Assembly: GCA_002709695.1 (NCBI GenBank)
Contig: PAQF01000078.1
Span: forward strand, 116,980 to 180,979
Reading direction: 5' to 3'
DNA from: Candidatus Poribacteria bacterium
GTDB lineage: Bacteria; Poribacteria; WGA-4E; UBA9662
Length of the DNA: 64,000 nucleotides
The position numbers and the translations under genes are program-made. The notes beneath the pieces were generated by a model. That model saw only the letters and a program-made list of their open reading frames with translations. It made no database searches and was not told where the DNA came from. Below, in pieces: positions 59,497 to 64,000 of this stretch (position 1 is its first letter; the number at the start of each line of letters is the position of its first letter).

Positions 59497-60435
59497 ATGA
59501 AAGATGCTGGTAATTACATTGTTCCTAAGCTTGCTAAAATCCCAAATTGTACTGAAGTCACGATGGCGGGTAAGAAACTGGTTTTCGGGAAAACCATCTG
59601 GCAGCTTGAAGATAGTAACCACTTATTAGGAGATATTTCCGCTCTTCGGCGGCAGATGGACTCGGCTGGTTATTTGTTACTGCGAGGGTTTTTCGATCCC
59701 GTTCTAGTGGGCAAAGCTAGATCAGAAATCTTGGATTACATGTCATCACAAAATGTCCTCAACAGAGGTCAAGAGGCTGTTACTATTACGCAGGCAACAG
59801 CCTCACCTAACCATCATAGGTTAAGATTTACACATTCAGTGATTCAACAATTATCAGGATTTCTAGAAGTAGTCAATTCGCGCCAAATTCTGTCCTTTTT
59901 TGACAGTTTTCTGGGTGGGCCATCAATGTCGTTAGATCATAAATGGTTACGGGCTACTCCGCCAGGGAAAAATACGGGTGCCCACTGCGACGTGGTCTAT
60001 ATGGGAGCAGGTACTAAAGAACTATACACGGTCTGGACTGCTTTAAATAATATATCGTTGAATATGGGGCCATTGGCTGTTTGCCTTGATTCTCACCGAC
60101 ACCAGAAGCTAAGAGAAACCTATGGTGCTAGCGATGCACATGAAGACCTATTGGAAGGATATTTCAGTCGTGATCCTTATGAGATAATAGAAAAACTCGG
60201 TTTTCGTTGGGCGTCGACACCTTTTCAGGCAGGTGATATCGTGATTTTCGGTGTGTATTTAATGCATGGTTCCCTGGACAATTTGTCGGATAAATTTCGA
60301 CTGAGTTGCGATACCCGCTATCAGTTGGTGGATGCTGATGTGGATTGGCGCCACATGGGGGAACACCCTGACCAAATCCCAAAAGCAAAAAAACGTATAA
60401 GCATCCAAGATGCTAGAGCTAATTGGGGAATATAA
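59497..60435 (+). CDS. Phytanoyl-CoA dioxygenase (PhyH) family protein
   Basis: GAHCDVVYMG (HxD), CLDSHRH, YLMHGS. An alternative start MAGKKL at ~59563 is possible. Confidence 0.7.
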   Translation: MKDAGNYIVPKLAKIPNCTEVTMAGKKLVFGKTIWQLEDSNHLLGDISALRRQMDSAGYLLLRGFFDPVLVGKARSEILDYMSSQNVLNRGQEAVTITQATASPNHHRLRFTHSVIQQLSGFLEVVNSRQILSFFDSFLGGPSMSLDHKWLRATPPGKNTGAHCDVVYMGAGTKELYTVWTALNNISLNMGPLAVCLDSHRHQKLRETYGASDAHEDLLEGYFSRDPYEIIEKLGFRWASTPFQAGDIVIFGVYLMHGSLDNLSDKFRLSCDTRYQLVDADVDWRHMGEHPDQIPKAKKRISIQDARANWGI

Positions 60436-60563
60436 CTTAGTCTAGACAACGAACTACCGATAGTTTTCGGTATGTGCCGGAACAGTATTGGAATTTGCAG
60501 ATGAAAACAAACTAGGAATTAAGCCGCCGAAGCATAGTTATACCGAGTTTCAAGGAGGGTTCC

Positions 60564-61601
60564 ATGATTGATGCAGATAATGAAAAAAGCAGGCTGGTTG
60601 ATGGATTGCTTCGTGATAAACGGGGCTTTTGGCAGCCGGAAAGAGGGACGGCTCCACCAAGTCCTCTATTCGCATGGCCACCAAGACCAACTGAGGCCTT
60701 CAAATGGCTATTTGGCTTTCCGGGGTATCTATTTCCATGGAACGTCATCTATATGGTAATTGCGATGCTGACGTGGAATTACCTTCAGCCTCCTCTGTCC
60801 CAGTGTGTCGATTTTCAAGCCAGCTGGATATTTGCGATATATGTCCGAAACCAGGTTATGCTTGTGATTATCGTCAGCGCATGGCATCTAAGACTCTGGT
60901 CATTCAAATCTCAGGGGTTCAAGTTTAAATACACTTCAGATTGGATGGCAACCGGAAAACGAAAGTTCCTTTGGAATAACCAGCTTTACGACAATGTTTT
61001 CTGGAGTTGTGTGAGCGGCGGCACAATTTGGACGGCTTACGAAGTTCTGATGCTATGGGCCTATGCTAATAAGATTATTCCTTATATTGACTGGCGTCAG
61101 AAACCTGTTTACTTTCTTGTAATGCTTTGTAGCATTCAGATGTGGAGACTCTTTCATTTTTATTGGGTTCATCGTCTTTTGCATTGGCGGTTACTCTACA
61201 AAGCTGGACACTATCTTCATCACAAAAATATCAACATCGGACCGTGGTCTGGATTAGCCATGCACCCGATTGAACACATCCTCTACTTCAGCTGCATTTT
61301 GATTCATTGGGTCGTACCTTCACACCCAATTCACATGTTGATGAATGCACATCATGCTGCATTTACCCCTGCACAGGGGCACGTTGGGTTCGAGAAACTT
61401 ACCATCAGTGGAAACTATAGTGTTCCCGCGGCTTCATATTTTCATCAATTGCACCACCGCTACTTTGAGTGCAATTATGGGGAAAACGATTTACCTTTCG
61501 ACATGTGGTTTGGTACCTACCATGATGGGTCTACTGAGGCACACACGCAGATGCGAGAAAAGCGAAGATCTAAACATAATATTCTAACTGAAGCCGATTA
61601 A
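60564..61601 (+). CDS. Fatty acid hydroxylase / sterol desaturase superfamily membrane protein
   Basis: Histidine boxes HFYWVHRLLH, HYLHHK, HMLMNAHH, HQLHHRYF, with hydrophobic helices. Confidence 0.8.
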   Translation: MIDADNEKSRLVDGLLRDKRGFWQPERGTAPPSPLFAWPPRPTEAFKWLFGFPGYLFPWNVIYMVIAMLTWNYLQPPLSQCVDFQASWIFAIYVRNQVMLVIIVSAWHLRLWSFKSQGFKFKYTSDWMATGKRKFLWNNQLYDNVFWSCVSGGTIWTAYEVLMLWAYANKIIPYIDWRQKPVYFLVMLCSIQMWRLFHFYWVHRLLHWRLLYKAGHYLHHKNINIGPWSGLAMHPIEHILYFSCILIHWVVPSHPIHMLMNAHHAAFTPAQGHVGFEKLTISGNYSVPAASYFHQLHHRYFECNYGENDLPFDMWFGTYHDGSTEAHTQMREKRRSKHNILTEAD

Positions 61602-61902
61602 CCTTTTTAAATAATGGCAGGAGAATTGGTTGTATCAATAGTTTTAGATGGAGAATCAGCTTCGCAAACTCTGCCCAACAACAGGAATCTGAGTATGTTA
61701 GCGTTGGGTCTAGGGGATGTTGATATCAAATTCGGGCATTCTATTCTGCACGCTGTGTAGTAGGTGAAACTGTCGAAGAAAGTTTCTCTAGCAACCAGCT
61801 ATATCTTTTGTGAGACAGGGCTTAGTTGCACATTTATTCAATATCAGCGCCAAGTGCACCCAATTGTAGTCTAAGGACAATCGAAATAGCCATTCAACTG
61901 CT

Positions 61903-62940
61903 TTACGGCCTTGCCGTTGCTGCTCCCATTGGATAAGGGCCATTGGTCAGAGGGTTCAAGCGAGCATGATCATAGACGGCATCTTGGATTTCCAAGACAC
62001 GGACGGCATCGAGGATATTTGTCTCGGGTACTTTACCTTCTTGAATAGCGCATAATCCTTCGTTAATTACGTTTCGCATGCGTTCACCATGTCCTAAGTC
62101 TTCTTCAAATTCTGTTCCTGTAGAGGTGTTAATTTCAATAAGAGGTTCACCTTTCTTACCATAGAAAGCGAACACTGAAGCCTTACTTCCGATGAAGCGG
62201 AAAAAGTGGTCACCACTGCGTCCTCCCTCAGAAGGGAAAGTGTAGCCAGATTCGATGATACCAGTAACACCATCATCACTACGTAACATTCCCACAGCAC
62301 TATCCTCTATTTTTCGTCCATACATAGAATTGGACATAATAGCTCCCACCACAGTTATCTGGTTTTCACCAACAAATTGCAGGTAAGTATCAATGCCATG
62401 GGCCCCCTCGGTTGCCCAACTCCCTCCACCAGATATTGCTGGGATGTTGTGCCAAGCGGATGGTGTGGGGTCGTAGCGCGTCGGCGATCCGTTGTTTAGC
62501 CGGCTGTTGTAGAGGACTAATTTACCTAAACTGCCGTCAGCAAACATCTTCTTAATTATCGCTACAATCTTGCTAGCACGGTTAGGCAAGGTCAAGGTGC
62601 TGAAAACACCATGCTTTTCGGAAGCCTCGGCTACTGGTCTGAGGCGAGCGGCGCAATCTGCGAATGGTTTATCGACCAAGTAAGGAATACGCCGGTCTAC
62701 ACAGGCCTGAATATGAGATGGTATCTTTATATGTTTTCCTGTGATGAGAGCTGCGTCCGGGCTAACGGTATCTAAGCATGTCCCTACTGTATCAAAACCG
62801 GGGCAACCGAATTCCTTCTCCAATTGAGTGCGCGCATCTTCATCTGTATCCATGACACCGATTATCTCATGACCGAGACTATACCCAATTCGACCTATAC
62901 TTCGTCCATGGTGGCTATAAGAAATGACTACTAGCTTCAT
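61903..62940 (-). CDS. Gfo/Idh/MocA-family oxidoreductase
   Basis: MKLVVISYSHHGRSIGRIG N-terminal Rossmann, DKPFADCAARL; 345 aa. Confidence 0.8.
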   Translation of the reverse strand: MKLVVISYSHHGRSIGRIGYSLGHEIIGVMDTDEDARTQLEKEFGCPGFDTVGTCLDTVSPDAALITGKHIKIPSHIQACVDRRIPYLVDKPFADCAARLRPVAEASEKHGVFSTLTLPNRASKIVAIIKKMFADGSLGKLVLYNSRLNNGSPTRYDPTPSAWHNIPAISGGGSWATEGAHGIDTYLQFVGENQITVVGAIMSNSMYGRKIEDSAVGMLRSDDGVTGIIESGYTFPSEGGRSGDHFFRFIGSKASVFAFYGKKGEPLIEINTSTGTEFEEDLGHGERMRNVINEGLCAIQEGKVPETNILDAVRVLEIQDAVYDHARLNPLTNGPYPMGAATARP

Positions 62941-63163
62941 TAATATACCTCACTATAATATTTGTGATATGCAGGGCCAAAGGATTTTCAGATAGAACAT
63001 AATTCACAACTATCTGAAAATTCGGTGAGTGGAGCATATCATCCAACGAATGCCCCGATCTTGTATTCTCGAATGTCAAATTCTCGTTGTTCTTGAAAGG
63101 GGAAATCTTACTGCAACAAGCACAAGTGATTACGAATCTGTTACCATACGATCATCTATTTAA

Positions 63164-64000
63164 TTATGTTATGCCTTCTTCTCGGCGCCAGCGTTCGAGT
63201 GGGTGCTCTCGGATTTCCAGTGGAGCGTAGACCCTTTCCTTACGTCGGTGTGATTCCCAAGTTAGGTTGATCATTTCCATACTGGCGACTCCTCCTCGCC
63301 CACTTGCAATTGGATCACGATCCTCTTCAATTGCATTTATTAGATCCCTGATCATTAAACGTTGGAGGTACAATCTTCCTCTGTTTTTACGGGGTTGTCC
63401 CTTTTCGTCATTGTCCTCTTCTTCTATGTAAACTTGCTCCCAGTTTTGTTGGGGGAGGTGACGTTGTCCTCGGTGGATGAACATTGTTGTGCCAACACTT
63501 TCTCGAATAGCGATGCGACCTTCAGTACCAATGAGGTCAATGCCGTATCCTTTATCGTCTCCTTGTGTTTCAGCGAGGAAAGCTGCCTCAGCATGGATAC
63601 CACTCTTGAATCGGAAGGAAGCGAAGCAACGCTCACCTAACACTAGGCCATCGCTATAGTCCTTCGGGTTCATTTCTTGTGCATCCTTTATATCATAAAC
63701 AGTAGATTCTTGGCCGTTAAGCTGGAGTAAGTGGGCGTGCACCCACTCGACGTCGCCAGCAAAGAGTCGCATCCAATCATAAAGATGGGTTCCCATTCCT
63801 ATTAAAGCATTACCTGACTTCCGTCCTCCCTTGTCGATGGCTTTGAGGTGTATGAGTTGGCCAATTTCCCCTTTTGTTATTAGGTCAAGAACAAGGTTAT
63901 TATAGAGACTGACACGCTTTATGTGGTTAATGGCTAGTTTGACCTTGTATGTGTCGCAAACTTGAACCATCTCATCAGCTTGAACTAAGTTGCGAGCCAG
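63164..64000 (-). CDS. Gfo/Idh/MocA-family oxidoreductase, partial (N-terminus probably beyond window end)
   Basis: The C-terminal alpha/beta domain is typical of the family. The reading frame stays open to position 64000 upstream of the listed Met, so the Rossmann domain is probably outside the window. Confidence 0.65.
   Translation of the reverse strand: MARNLVQADEMVQVCDTYKVKLAINHIKRVSLYNNLVLDLITKGEIGQLIHLKAIDKGGRKSGNALIGMGTHLYDWMRLFAGDVEWVHAHLLQLNGQESTVYDIKDAQEMNPKDYSDGLVLGERCFASFRFKSGIHAEAAFLAETQGDDKGYGIDLIGTEGRIAIRESVGTTMFIHRGQRHLPQQNWEQVYIEEEDNDEKGQPRKNRGRLYLQRLMIRDLINAIEEDRDPIASGRGGVASMEMINLTWESHRRKERVYAPLEIREHPLERWRREEGIT

Noticed and set aside
40490-64000. Considered calling the island a mobile or integrative element
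   Set aside because: No integrase, transposase, tRNA target, direct repeats or conjugation genes are visible. Only the LamG pseudogene and compositional patchiness hint at plasticity.
1-64000. CRISPR arrays, rRNA, prophage and defense-system genes
   Set aside because: No spaced direct-repeat arrays, no rRNA-like conserved strings, and no nuclease, helicase or methylase type defense genes were recognised by eye. Coding content is metabolic or housekeeping.

Overview
This 64 kb window is AT-rich (about 40% GC by eye) and bacterial, with dense coding on both strands. I found about 53 protein-coding genes, one decayed pseudogene, and no rRNA or tRNA genes, CRISPR arrays, transposases or integrases. 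No tRNA-like cloverleaf signature stood out on reading by eye; this was not an exhaustive scan.

The first ~36 kb is mostly housekeeping and small operons:
- hisI, followed by an FmdB zinc ribbon gene, two tandem COG0523 (CobW-family) G3E GTPases with His-rich segments, and a WD40 protein overlapping the second GTPase.
- A tightly overlapping minus-strand operon from mtnP to a J-domain protein, containing infA with an unusual ~55-residue Lys/Arg-rich N-terminal extension.
- An MBL-fold hydrolase and a PP2C phosphatase.
- A GH95 fucosidase.
- A five-gene plus-strand cluster: PhyH dioxygenase, 2-hydroxyacid dehydrogenase, ThrC-like PLP enzyme, amidase, class III aminotransferase.
- A rhodanese, a nitroreductase and a solitary rpsD.
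- A long minus-strand array running IscS, a CxxCH lipoprotein, Mrp, GlcD, a membrane zinc-ribbon protein, GlcE, Nudix, DsbD and a TPR protein.

A frameshifted LamG-domain pseudogene at ~36.6-37.3 kb marks the transition to an accessory-looking region from ~37 to 64 kb. That region is dominated by paralogous oxidoreductases and oxygenases:
- 8 PhyH-family dioxygenases in the whole window (6 of them in this region), and 6 Gfo/Idh/MocA oxidoreductases.
- A TauD/TfdA dioxygenase, a fatty-acid hydroxylase/sterol desaturase, a signal-less Cys-type sulfatase with a cupin, two Zn-dependent alcohol dehydrogenases, a major facilitator superfamily (MFS)-like transporter, and an IorA-like TPP enzyme that lacks the ferredoxin domain.

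This gene content (PhyH, sulfatase, Gfo/Idh/MocA, WD40 and TPR expansion) is reminiscent of marine sponge-associated or particle-associated lineages such as Poribacteria, Planctomycetes or relatives. That is a guess from gene content only.

The candidates I rate most interesting are:
- the hisI / FmdB / two COG0523 / WD40 locus;
- the translationally coupled DUF1015 / CinA-N / extended IF-1 / J-domain operon;
- the GlcD / membrane zinc-ribbon / GlcE / Nudix / DsbD operon;
- the IscS-coupled CxxCH lipoprotein with PHM-like copper-site histidines;
- the dioxygenase/sulfatase island, which has a shared 16-nt upstream motif and an 18-bp tandem duplication.

A six-frame ORF track limited to complete ORFs misses a partial PhyH gene at the window start (bases 1-708, minus strand).
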